Below are positions 9,140 through 21,500 of a stretch of DNA of 64,000 nt, piece after piece. The stretch's first letter is position 1. Every line of letters begins with the position of its first letter. The stretch is from positions 1,488,001-1,552,000 of the forward strand of contig CM074811.1 in the NCBI GenBank assembly GCA_037447605.1, written 5' to 3'. The notes under the pieces were generated by a model, which saw only the letters and a program-made list of their open reading frames with translations, made no database searches and had not been told where the DNA came from. This stretch comes from Zygnema circumcarinatum SAG 698-1b (Eukaryota > Plantae > Zygnematophyceae). Made by a program: the position numbers and the translations under genes.

Positions 9140-9818
9140 CCGCTCTGAACCACCACCACCCTTGCCAAAGGTCATGGAAGATTTGGCGAGAAGGGAAGAT
9201 GCGAGAGCAGCGTCTCCCACAGAATCGGGGCAGTCTATGTCGCTTGTATCGGGCTCTACTGTCTCAGGCCCATTACCCTCAAAAAAGAAGATTCCCCGAG
9301 ACGCAGAATTCCAGGATCTAAGACGCAGAATTCCTCGAGTTTCGCCTCCGGATCCCACTCCATCTGTCCCAGAAGCGGCCGCTGACTCTACACCACAGTA
9401 CATCACTGTTGAGGAGGGGATTCGCCTCAACCGTAAGGTGAAGGAGCTGGAAGCAAAGGTCGAGGAGTTGGAGGTCGTGATCCGCTCCCAAGTGAGCAAG
9501 ATGGATCAGCTCGAACTCACTGTTCGGCGCATGGTAGACGAGCTGCAGGGGGGGTTTCAACAGGACGTTGTAGACGCAAGGAAGGAAGCAAAAGGTACGG
9601 CAGACGTGGGTGATTCAAAGGAAGAGCAGGAAGGACCCCCTCCGTTCCCAAAGCCCGAGGTGAAAGATTACCAGAAAAGGAAAAATTCTGCAACTTTCAG
9701 CCCCCAGCCACCTGCAAAGATGCAAAAGCTTACTCCGCAAGAGACAAAAAGGCTGCGAAAAGAAAATCGTTGTTTCCGATGCCAGCAAAGAGGTCATATA
9801 GCCAAGGATTGTAAATAA
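7526..9818 (+). CDS. Chimeric RING-H2 plus coiled-coil plus CCHC zinc-knuckle protein, 363 aa predicted; exons 7526-7708, 8038-8084, 8743-8805, 9020-9818
   Basis: Splice sites are GT-AG and identical to the parent gene. The C3H2C3 RING is complete (CSIC...CNHDYHLQC...CPMC). Exon 4 stays open through to KLTPQETKRLRKENRCFRCQQRGHIAKDCK*. Confidence 0.7.
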
Positions 9819-10800
9819 GCCTGGAAAGACCAAAAGGGCAAGGGGTCAGAAAATGGATCACCATTGGCAAGTTAAGAGTCACTGCGAGTAAGGAAGACAG
9901 ACTAAGGGTTAGGGCTGCTGCCATCATAAATAGAGGTTTTATTTTACTAAAGACTTTAGACACTGTAAAAATGATATGCAAACAAGTTGATGAGCACGAC
10001 ATGTTTCTGACTAGTCTTGCATATCTTGATTCGTGCCTATTCTCAACTGCCTTAATTGTGACTCCTGTATCTTTCTTGAATGTTGTGATGTATGGCAGCT
10101 GGGTTGTTTGGATCTTCAATCCCATGGTTGATGTCAATCTTGTTGAATGTACATTAGATGTTTTGCGTCTATTACGCACTTTTGGGAACATTGTTGCCTT
10201 GCATGTGTTGGTTCCCTAGTATGTTGCTATTACGACCTTTAGCCACATCAGGACAAGGGGACAAGGGGGTGTTGGTGGGGGGTGGGAGTACCTCACTTCC
10301 TATGACATCTCGCACTGGTAGGAACCCAATGTCGGGAAGTTGCTGCATGCTCGTCCTCATCTTCTGCTCCTCCTTGGTGTTCTCTTCAACTTTAAGGTCA
10401 CCACTACACATGACCTTTTGTGTGGAGGGATTCCATACCCGATATTTCAAGCTGTCGGTATTGTAGCCGAGGAAGTATTCGAACTCTCTTCCACAAAGTG
10501 TCGAAGCGGCTGTTGGGGTTGAACCCGAAGTGCCGCATGCGGGGGAGCCGCAGATTTCGACGGAAACGGTTCCAGTACACACACAACTGTTAGACGAGGA
10601 GAACTCAGTGGAGACAGTGTTGTTGCACAAACAGGAGTCTGGGGATTTGGAAATGGCGGAAAGGTCCCCTTTGCGACCAGTCGTCCTCCGTGGTTCCACA
10701 TCATGCTTTTGTCCATGTACATTTGATGGCCTTGCCATCGTGAGTTCAATGAAATTCCCTTTTCCACCCTCTTTCTTTTCTTTTTTTCATTAGTAGCCAT
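9140..10800. mobile_element. Mosaic of retroelement remnants between the two RING copies
   Basis: A Gypsy-Gag-like CX2CX4HX4C tail lies on the plus strand (9700-9818). The minus strand (about 10385-10480) encodes YFLGYNTDSLKYRVWNPSTQKVMCSGDLKVEE, homologous to YFLGYNEDSQTYRIWNPVTKKVERSRDIIVQE in the Copia Pol at the window start. Confidence 0.7.
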
Positions 10801-11478
10801 GGATCCACACTAAAGCGGATGTTTATGGATTTGTAAATATTATGAAAAATATTTTTTCTGCCCTCCCCTCCGTGAAGCGATTTGTTTTGTACTGTAATTG
10901 AGTTTCTCCGGCGGGGGCGAGAGCGGCCCACGTGGACTCCACCGACAGATTACAAGACGACAAGTAAATGAACAAAGCTCCGTACATGTGTACGGTGTCC
11001 GATGCCGGCGATGGCGGCTGCGGCCGAACATGACGCAACCGTACGGCCGTTGAAATCGTCACTTTTTTCGGGCAGGTCGAGTGAGCTCGAAGCTTCCTTG
11101 CGCTGCCCATGCCAGCTGGCGCGTCCCCAGTGGTCGGTGTGGGAGGGGGAACGAGCCCTGAAATTTTCCTTGCCCCCGTTGTCCCCCCGCCAAGATGGAA
11201 CAGGGGCGACATTTCGGTCTGCGATTAGGGTTGGCCGGTGCCTCTTTCTCCCTCGCCCACTTCCCGCAGGCAGGCAGGCAGCCATGGCGGAGGCCTGCGC
11301 CCGTCTCCTTCGTCGCCGAGGCTTTGAATGTGTATGGCATGTGGAGTAAGGATGTTTAAGTACAGGGTAGGGGGAAGAATGCAGAATATGGAGGATTGAG
11401 GCATGGAAAGGGGGAGTGGGAGTGGGAGATAGCGTTGGTGTGAGAGAGGAGTGGGTTTGGAGGGAAAGGGAAAGCAGA

Positions 11479-14400
11479 ATGGCGTCGACAGGCTCAGAAG
11501 TGCAGACTCCAAAGAAGGAGGGCCGCGTGGAGGACATGGCTTCGAAGGAGGCTGCAGCGAAGTTCAACTCTGCTGCGGCTTTCGTGGAGTCGGGAGTGCA
11601 GGAGGTCTATGAAGATGCCTGCAGTATTTGTCTGGAAACGTTCACAGAAGAAGAGCCGCTCACTGTAAGTTCGAAGGTCCTTTTAGATAGCTACATGATG
11701 GGAGTGATTTGCTCGTAACATGTGGTCATCGTTTCTAGCGTATGAGTTAGTGGGTACTGATGCTCTGGATAGTTATCTGGCTCAAGGGTTTGTGCAAGCA
11801 GGCGATAATGCTTCTTGGGTTGTGGAAACCTTATGGAATTGAGAAGTGTTTGGGCTTACGTGGGTGCCATGTTTGGCAGTCGGTGCTGATGCAAAATTAG
11901 TACAGTGACTCGGGTCAAACGCTTTTGAACGGAATTTGGTTATGTCTAACATCTCTGAAAGGCCGTTCTCGCCACTTTTCGTTTCCTTGCAGCTGACGAC
12001 TTGCAACCACGATTACCACCTACAATGCATTTTAGAATGGTGAGAGCAGCATATCTCTGTAGGGTTGTGCGTTGTTAGTATGTGTCCATGATTATTTTTT
12101 GGATTGATACTTTCGGAGGTTCTAGAAATTTATGCACCACGCATAAATTTCTTTCAATCATTATCACTGTCACTTCAGTTGTTCTTTTTTCTTTCATTTC
12201 ATATTGTCATGCTTACCTCGTCTCAACGAGTTGACTTTAGCGGAAAGTAGACCCGCAGTTTCGAACTGGTCTGAACGGCGTACTGAGGGTGGGAGGTGGT
12301 CGGGAATGACCTTCATTTTTTATTTTGTGTGCCTGGTTTTGTATGCCATGGCGGTCGACCTACTGAACATATTCTAACATCAGTAGAGACAGCATCAAGT
12401 AATGTTTGAAGGACAGAAATGCTAGTGTTTTTTTCTGCAGGCAGATACTTGTTCTGCTGTGTACTGAAGTGTTTAGATTATCTACATCAATATAGCGAAG
12501 GGAGTGTCAGTACGCTGTGGTTAGGTAGTGAATGAGAGGCACCCCTAAAGACGTGGTCTGCATGACAAGGGTTATCTGTGATTCTAGTGGCACTTCGCTG
12601 CTTCACAATACTTCCTCGTTTGAAGCGTTATTTTTTCGCTTGTGGTGGATTTCAGGGCACAGCGACGACAGGAATGCCCTATGTGCTGGCAGCCCCTCAG
12701 TCTGAAGGACCCTGAGAGGTATGTTGAACTTGAACCTGCGCAGAATCAGTGCGTTTCTTTGTGGTGCAGAATTACTATGCAGCCATAGTTTGCGGGTCAA
12801 GACTGGTCAGACATAACGAGCAATTCAGCGTTGTTGCTGTTGCAAAATCGGAGCAGTTTAGGGCATTCTTGTTCGTTCGCTTTACTGTCTAGTTGACCGC
12901 GTCCCCATTTTGTTTCGGCGTGTTTTTGCAGTCAAGAGCTACTCGCCGCTTGCTCCCAAGAGCAGGCCTTTCATGCAAGTTCTGTATATACACCTCCGTT
13001 TATGCGCTCGCCATTTGAGGAGTTCGAGTTTCAGCACAGAGTGCGATTCAACTTTATCCTTAGGGTGAAGCGGAGTGAAGAATTGATGAAGTCTAAAAGT
13101 AGCAATGTGTGATAGATGCTATTTGTCATACTTTGCGACTAGTGCATGCTTGCTATCTGCGATCTTTCTGTGACTTCCAAAGTTGGATTCCTTCCTGCAA
13201 ACTGTCACTCGTTTTCCAGGCCCTTTAGTCTCGTTTTCTTGTACGAGGCTGACCCGAATGTGGACCGTTGTTTTTCTTTTCTCAGCAGTATTCTTCATCT
13301 TATCCAGAAGAAGCCGACTTGGAACGTCGAATCATGCAACACTTAGCAGCTGCAGCAGCTGGGATGTCTCGAGCACGCCTTGTCAGTAGCAGCCGCTCCC
13401 CTGCAAGACATGGACAAAATTTAGGAGGACAACAGACGACCCTCATTCCTGCTGATCGATCGCTGCCAAGTCCTCGGATTACGAATACAGCAATTCAGAC
13501 TGGCACACTTGTGGTTGGAAGTGATAGCAGGATATCTTCCCCAGATTCAGGGAGCAGGGGAAGTACAACCAGCAGCTTATCTTCGATGCTGAGACCGTCT
13601 GCAAGTGTCCCTGTTGAGACTAGTGATGTGGGAGGCTCTGGCCAGCAGGGTGTGCAAGGGGAGGCCATTTTGCATGCTGTATCATCTCCCCCAATGTTAG
13701 GTGGTCTCAGCCGCACAGGCTCTCAAACAATGGCAATTGGACAGAGTGGGCCACTTTTTGGCTTGGCGAGAACATCTTCAGCAGGATCGGGATTTCAGAG
13801 CGTTAAAGCAGAGGCGGGTGGGAGCGGCAGCAGCAGTCAGAATCGAAGTCCAACTTTGGACAGCCGCGAGAGTAGCAGCACCCAGAGGTCAGTGGCTTTA
13901 GGCTTGGTCTCTAAGCTTCTTGTCTTGTTTTGGAAGTTGTAGTACTGGTCGAAAAGAGAAACATTTGGTTCATCCACTTCACTCGATTCTTTCTCATCGT
14001 CTCCGAGATGACCACTCTCCTCCCAAGTTGACCTATTTATAGATTATGTTGATGCATTGGCTGGCCAACGCAGTGAATCGGACCAACTCGCTAGACAGGC
14101 CTTAAGCTGAGGCGACCATTTATATATCACTAATTAGTGTTAGAGTTGGCTCGTCAGCAAAAAAGTGTATAAATTATGTATTCTGTACTGTATAGTTTCT
14201 AGGGGAGCCATGCTTGTCTCAATCGCTCCCAAACATCTGTTCAACGGCCCACAGGTCGCTTTTGGAACAATTATGTTGTTTGTACTCTGCACTTTGGAAC
14301 GACCTCAGACAAGGTATATTCAGTTTGTGCAAAGTTACAAGTTGAGGGGTCGATAGTAATAGCCTTATCATCTGGCTAGGGCTTGGCCGAGGGCTAACAT

Positions 14401-16604
14401 CAGCCATGCTCGATCATTTGATTGTTTACTTGTCGCCCTTCAAACCTTACGAAGGTGGATAGATAGCTCTCAACCTTGCATAGGGTACGTAAGGCGACGA
14501 GTTCAAGCGACCACGAGTTCCTACCAATGGATGCAGCGATACTTTTTTGGTGCTGCCCATCATGGATGGATTTTATGTGTTCAATAGCGCTACTGCCCAT
14601 CGTTTCTGACCAGAAATGTTTGGGATTGTCTTCTATAGGTCTGGAGAAAACTCGCAGTCTGGTATGGGTAGTGGTGAGCTTTCATCGTTGGGGGATGTCT
14701 TCAAGACTCGTTGGGCTGCTGCATCATCTCGGTAAGCTGTGACCTGTAAAAGCGCTTGTATTTTGCTGTATCTATAGTGGAACTGTCCAACAGAGTTAAA
14801 ATTCACACAGTAGAAAAGGCTCCTGGGGTCCTCATTATGGAAAGGCCAACTTGGGAAAGGGGTTATTCTCTGCTGACAACTTGTATGTATAGCTAGGCAA
14901 TCCAGTCAGGATTGTTTAAGTCCTTAACCGGCTCAAATGAACATTTCTTAAACTAAGGCCGGTGCTATCTAAGTCTATCAGAGGTTTGGGTCGTCATTAT
15001 TCCCAGTAACTGATGCTGTTAACTTGTACCAATTTCGATTTTTTCGCGCTGCACAGTGGATGACACCCAACTTGAGTGGTGATTTCCCTCTCTGCACTTA
15101 TTCTTAACGTGTCTTGTTGGCTTGACTCTCGCAGGTATCGAGAGACTCTAACTAAGGGGACACGTTCATTTAGAGACCGATTGCGGCTTCGCGGCGGTAG
15201 TGTTGCTGACATAAGCGCGAAAGCTCGAGAAGTGGGAGCTGGGGTTGTGCGAGCATTCGAAAGGATGTCGGACCCGGGTCCGAGCACGAGTGATAGGTGG
15301 GTCTTTCTTTGTTCTTGACAGCTGCTTAAAGCTGCTTGGGTTTATGTATTGCTCTGGGATTCACAAGGACATGTTAACTATATACAGTGCCGATGCTGCT
15401 GCTCTTGCTTCACTACCGACTGCTTGTTCTGTTAGTCTTAAGATTTAGATGGCGTAGTCCGTTTATTGACAATAAGACTATACATGCTTGCGAATGCGAA
15501 TATATGGTCAGGAGGAGTACGTTAGGATCAGCAAATGCTTGTTAGGTTTTGCCAACTAACTCATTTTGCTCGATCGCCCTGTTTTCGTCCGCGTAAGACC
15601 TCTTGCCATTTGGCATACTTGAAAACCATTGCACTTTCGATGATTTAACCCGGAGTTGTTGGAGGATACTTACTGTGTCCCATACTTATACCAGTGATTG
15701 CAGGTCTCACACGGAAAATCAAGCGGATGTCGTCCCTACTACAGGGGGGACGTCAACTTCAGCTTCAGCATCACCAGACAGAACAGAAACTTCAATTTGT
15801 AGCTCTGGAAGCCCTTCACCTGAACATGCAGTTTTTCAGATTGGTCGACAGAGTGGGCAAGAGCAGTCTTCTGGAGGAGTTTCTGCCCCTCTCTCGTCTG
15901 AAGGCTGCAGTCGTCGTCAGATTGCCCCACCTTCAGAGAGTGTTGAAAGGGGAGTGCAGGCCGGCAGTGTTTCTGCTTCCGGCCGATTTACCAGTGAGGA
16001 GCAGAATGACAAGGAGGAAGTTCTTTTCAAGGTATGTAAACCATATGTCACGAATAGGATTACTTTTCGAGAGGGTCCAATTCAAGCTCGTGGGTGAAGT
16101 GGCAGGAGTCTTGCTGTGGGCCGTTATTGGTGGCTTCGTTCAGAAGGTGGGAGAAGGGTGTGTGCTTGTTTGAACAGGGATATATGTAATTTAGAATGTG
16201 TTGCACGATCGCAGTTAGGTAGTATAGTTTTGCTTTGGAACACAGCCATTTATTTATTTATTGCTGTTTATGAAGTAGGAGCTTCGATTTAGACATGTAA
16301 ATATCTAGGGAAAGCATCCACCTTTGGAGCAGTCCATTCCAGAAGTTACAGTTTTCTTGGCTATTTCTAATTGCAGAGGTGTTGAAATGACTTGGCTAGA
16401 ACGAAGTCAAGTAAGGAAGTAAAGCTCTGCTACAAGGTAATGCGAATCTCTGTCAAGGTTAAGTCGTTGTGTCAGCATTAGTAGAGGAGAGGTGATTCGT
16501 ATTCTGCTACCTGATTGTTTGTATGTGGTGGGCTGCATGTGCAGACTGGATCGGATGCAAATTCTGTGACAGAACCGCATCAGACCTCTGCCCTCACAGC
16601 ATAG
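11479..16604 (+). CDS. RHF2A: RHF2A-like RING-H2 E3 ubiquitin ligase, 517 aa; exons 11479-11664, 11993-12039, 12656-12718, 12932-13040, 13289-13887, 15135-15296, 15704-16031, 16545-16604
   Basis: It has an N-terminal RING-H2 with WQPLSLKDPES, plus EEADLERRIMQHLAAAAAG and RYRETLTKGTRSFRDRL, which match the RHF1A/RHF2A family as I recall it. All exon phases are consistent. Confidence 0.85.
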
Positions 16605-18511
16605 ATCACAAAGATCAGCTTTTTGGATTGCTCCCAACAGTGACTTGGCTTTGATGATATTCCGTATTGGTTCACAAGCTGTTGTGAAGCTTGTGATCCG
16701 TGCGATCAAGGGAACTTTCGGAATGTTTCGGTTGTTGTTTCGAAACACGGCAGGGTTCAAAACTCGAAAACAATTACGACTGTCCTTTTGGGATCGGAAC
16801 TTCTTTGGAGAGGCACAAGGCAACAGAAGGGTTTGTGCAAAGCCAGAGCTGTAGTTCCGGTTATGTGTTATCGCTTCCTGCACAATGGTGCCTCCTTCAG
16901 TCAAAGCTTTTGATAGCTCCTTCCTTTCAGGCTGTAGGACGTAACCGTCGATTTGAAGGTGGATCCATTTTGTTGCTACTGCTGCTGGGCATGGAGACAC
17001 ACCAGCAGGTAGTTGGATCGGTGATGTTTTGAACTCTACCAGTAGACTACTCTGTATGATAAGTTGGGATTGGGGTGGTTCCCAGAAAGCTCATTTTAAA
17101 AAGATCCTGGCGCGCTAGGCTAGGCACGCTCCATGAACTGAATCTGCTGCCACTAGGAATGTTAGCAGTGTCGAGTATTATAGTGGGGGTGGGGATTTGG
17201 CAGAATGTTGTCTGGACAAACACAGACGGTGTGCTCTTTCTAAATAGAAGACTTCGCTGCCTCGGGTCTGTGAGTGTACCTGGTTTGAACATGCGCAGAC
17301 TGGCAGCCCCTGCGGACTGCGTACTGGCTTTCGTCATTTTGCCTTATGGGTCGCCGTTATGGGGATAGCATGCCCACCTGGTGTGGGCTGCTTGAGGGCA
17401 TGCATGCATGCATGCATGCATGCACAACAACAACAAAACCTTCTAACTAATGGTTGGTTGGTCCAGAACCCGAGTTGTCATCTCTGTCAGCATCAGCGCC
17501 GACTTCAGCTATCGCATTGCAACCATCCGATATTGCAATTCGGTCGACCATGGCCAACCATTGACGTGAGACACCTCGACTTTTCGCCAACCCTTGGCGA
17601 GCCAACGGTTGGCGTCGCCCAACGATCCGACCTGTGTTGCGCTGTCCCCGGCCGGTCCCCTGTACGGTCGTACGGCTCCGCTGCGAGGTCAAACTACCGC
17701 ACGTGTGGCCCCTCCTGCACTTGCGAGAGTGACGTTACGTGACGTGACCTGATGCGCCCGCCAGTGGCGCCGCACGATGACGCGCCCTCGCGCTGCCGTC
17801 GTGGCGGCCGCAATTCGTGGAGCCAATCAGAGGGTGCCGTGGGAAATGAAGCGGAAAAAAATTCAATGATTGCAATGGCGGAGCAGCAGCGGAGAGTTCC
17901 GTGCCCTCGTGCGCGCTCGAGGGTTCGAACCCGCGACGGGCCGCCCCCGCGCAACCGCAATCCAACCGTTGGCGCGGCCCGGACGTGGCGGCTCCTGGAC
18001 GCTCCCGCGCACGTGGCGGCACCTCCGCCGCCCGCCCTGCGCGCGCCGTGCTTGCGCTCCGTGCTGGCCCGAGGGAGGGCGGAAGAGAGGGAGAGAGAGG
18101 GAGAGAGAGGGAGAGGAAAGAAAGGAACGAGAAGTAAGGAGGAGGAGCGCTTTTGGTTCGGGCTGCAAGATTAGGGTTGAGTGGAAGGCAGGGCGCTCCG
18201 AGGCAGTCATAGGAGAGTTTTGCGCGGCAGGAAGGCATATCCTGTAGTTGTTTCGAAAGCTGAAAAAGAAACGAGTTTCGTGCATATTGTCGCAAGCTGA
18301 AGCTGCTGTTGTGCGCAAGAACCGTCCTGTTGCGGCTTGTTGCTTGAAGTTCCTAGTGTTGTTGCGCCATGCCTTGGAGGGACAGTCCCTCCGCAAACTT
18401 TCATCGGAATATCTGTCAAACAAACTTGCAAGTTCGGTGCTTGGATGCGGGAACGTTCTTCAACCTGCTCCTCCTCTAGCCGCCTCGTGAATGTCAGAGT
18501 AGAAGCCACCC

Positions 18512-21500
18512 ATGCCGGAACCTCCAAAGCAGGGGAGGCGGAGGCGGTTAAGATTCTTTCTTTGCTGCTTTCGGCCTCAGGTCAAAGATGACATCAAGGA
18601 GCAGCCAGAAGAGCCTCCGCCACCGCCTCCCCCGCCTCGCCCTCCTCCTCCGCCTCCTCCTCCGCGACCACCCGGCCCTCCTCCCCCACCCAAGGGAGGA
18701 GGGCCGCCGCCACCCCCCGTGAAGAAGTTAAATGTGCGGCATTTGCAGTGGAAGGGCCTTAAGGACGCCGATCAAGACAGCCTATGGGCTCGGGACGCCT
18801 TGTATGCTCGTTTCCTTCTGCTATGTTTTTTTATTAAGAGAGTATGACAGGAAGTGTATCAATCTTTTTTGACTGAGGTCATGGCAAATCATTTTGTTCC
18901 GATGTTACTGCCGTTGGGACTTCGTTTGTCTCTGGAACAGGAAGGGGAATAGAGGAGACCATGTGTGCTGCGTAAGGGGTAGAATTATTCACATTGTGTA
19001 CAATTTTAGGCATTAGTGGTGCATCATGTCTTCCGCCACTCTAAATATTACAGGACTCTGATGGTTGAAGCGAAAGTTGTAGGGGGGCAGTGAAGGATAC
19101 ATAGCACGTGATCCCTTCCTAACGACAACGAGGCAGCGTTGTTTGTTTATGCCTCCTTTATGCCTGTTTATTGCTTGCCTTTGACACAATTTCGTTCACA
19201 ATACGGATTTAGAGACTATCGCCTATCCATGTTCTCTCACAGGGCAGGTCGTCGCCTATCTAGTTATCTAGTGCCAGCGTGAGTGAAGAGACTTGACTGT
19301 TCAAGAAAGGGTTTCGTTCGTTGTCCTCAGTGTTTTAGCTGTATTCATGCTATTGTGGCTTGAAGAGTCTCAAACACTCTATCGACGACCAAATTTGCCT
19401 TTTATTAGAAAAAGTTAATATGTGAAGTATGGAAGAGCGGTTATTGAAGCTGAGCCGTAGAAGGGAAACCTCACCTGACGGCTTGATTATGTGCTTGTCT
19501 GAGGAGCCAGGGATCTTGACCTGGATGAGGAGGAATTGCTTGACGTTTTCGGGACTAAAGTAGCTCCTAAGCCAGTTCAAACAAAGACTGCAAAACCTAA
19601 AAAGACGGTGGTCCGCTTGGTAAGCCGTGCAAAGCTTTAATCGTCAGTTCGTAATGGTTGTTCCTTTCTTTAGTGTTCTTACTTGGAAAAATGCTACTTG
19701 TTTGGCTTGCGAAGCCTGCAGCCGGGGTAGAATTGTTTGTGGTTGTTTACTTGTTAGTAATGGCAATCTTTCAAACTATTGTTAAGGCAGAACGAGGCAG
19801 CTGTTTCTCTTTCCGCAACAAGCTGTTATTACAAAAAGCCACCTTCACATGCCCTTTGTGCACCACACTACTGCATTAGTTGGCCAGAACCTTGTTTTGG
19901 CCTACTATACTGAATTGCTGGCCCTGTCAGACTTGTGAATGCTTTAAGCTATTCATTCGCATGACTTTTGTAGCTCGTTATGTGTACGCCGACCTGACAG
20001 AAAATATGTGGAACCTCAGCACTCTTTGAGTTGGGCTTGAAGGACAGTAAAATCCCGAATTTAGTACAGGAACACATCATTGGGCTGTCGAAAGTTGCTG
20101 TCTTGCCAGAAGTTTTTACTGCCTGACACAATTCGTCGTTAAATGCAGCTCGAGTCGAAGAAGGCGCAAAATTTGGAAATTGCGACGAAGTCATTAAAAC
20201 TAGAGCCTGCAGAGCTGGTGGTATGTTGCACAGGCGTCAACTCTAACCATCTAATCAGCGTTTATCGGATGAGAACTCAATTGGAGCTGAAGGCTTTCGC
20301 TAGAGATTTTGGCACTGTATGGACAAATGTAGACACAGTATTCTGCTTGTAGCTCTGTTAAGAAGAATGCACAAATGTAGATTTCAAAGAAATGCTGGGT
20401 TTTTTTGTCGTTTATTGTGTTTCCAGCTGATAGCATGGATCCATCAAATCGTTGTTGTACTTTACTTAAGTTCCTACAGGTTGTGTAGCTTGTTACTGGG
20501 GCAGAAGAGTATGCTTCTACGGGAGGCATGCTGGTCTCATGCCAATGAAAGCTTGGGCAGGTTGCTATCTTGAGAGTCGACACAACGATTCTGGGAGAGT
20601 TGTCGGAGAGTCTGGTTGATGCGCTTCTGAAATACAGCCCTTCAAAAGACGAGGCTGCAAAACTGAAGGTGTGTCATTTACTGAGACTTTGACTTATATT
20701 AAGTTCTTCAAACGGGGCAAGGCATTGTGCATCACCGCGTTGGGTTGGGCTTGTCGTCTATGAAACCATGTGGATATACTGCCGAGGTGGAGGAATCCCT
20801 CATGAAATTGATCTCAGAAATGTCTTCCGAAATCCATTATGGCAACAGTTAACTATAGCGTATTGGCTTTGGCTTAAGTTCAAGACAATTCGACTGTAAC
20901 TCACTCAGGATAACTATTGCTTAGCTCAGAATCTAGCTCGTCTTTGCAAGTTTTCCTACTTTTGATCCTGCAAGACTTGGTTGGAGCCTACAATCTGCAG
21001 ACTTCCCCGTTGATGCCTTCGGCGTTCATACAATGCACCTTAAATGCTGATGCCGCTGTATGAGCAGGATTAGCTGTCGACATGTATGACATTTAAATTG
21101 ATGTTTTTTTCTTGAGAAAGAACCTGTACTTAAGAGCTTACACCTCTCGCCGAGTTGGGAGCAGGAGTACAAAGGTCCTTTTGAAGAGCTTGGGCCTGCC
21201 GAGCAGGTGAGGTCATTTCGTTGCTTTTTCATATACACACTATGTAAGCACTCTTGGCAGTCGCACGCTACACGAACAAAGCGAGTCTCAGTCATTCTTT
21301 GAAGCAATTGCCTTGTAGCAACTGCTTTCGGTAAACTTGTGTAGAATACTTTGTTCCAGAACAGTCAGTACTTGGCAGAATCGAAAAGAGACTCATCAGT
21401 CACCTACAGCCTGGGTTTCTAATTCCTTGCTGAGAACTCCTCCTTTACCGGTTCTCCAGTCGTATACTTTGCCTGCATGATAACTTGTCTTTGCGTTTGT

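Noticed and set aside
15056-15077. Extra micro-exon in RHF2A intron 5
   Set aside because: Exon 5 joins 15135 directly in phase, and inserting this segment at that phase gives an immediate TGA with a weak donor.
16672-16696. Perfect 9-bp hairpin TCACAAGCT/AGCTTGTGA in the RING 3' region, as a SECIS or terminator
   Set aside because: It lacks the ATGA/GA quartet, the gene has no in-frame TGA, and a single 9-bp stem is expected by chance.
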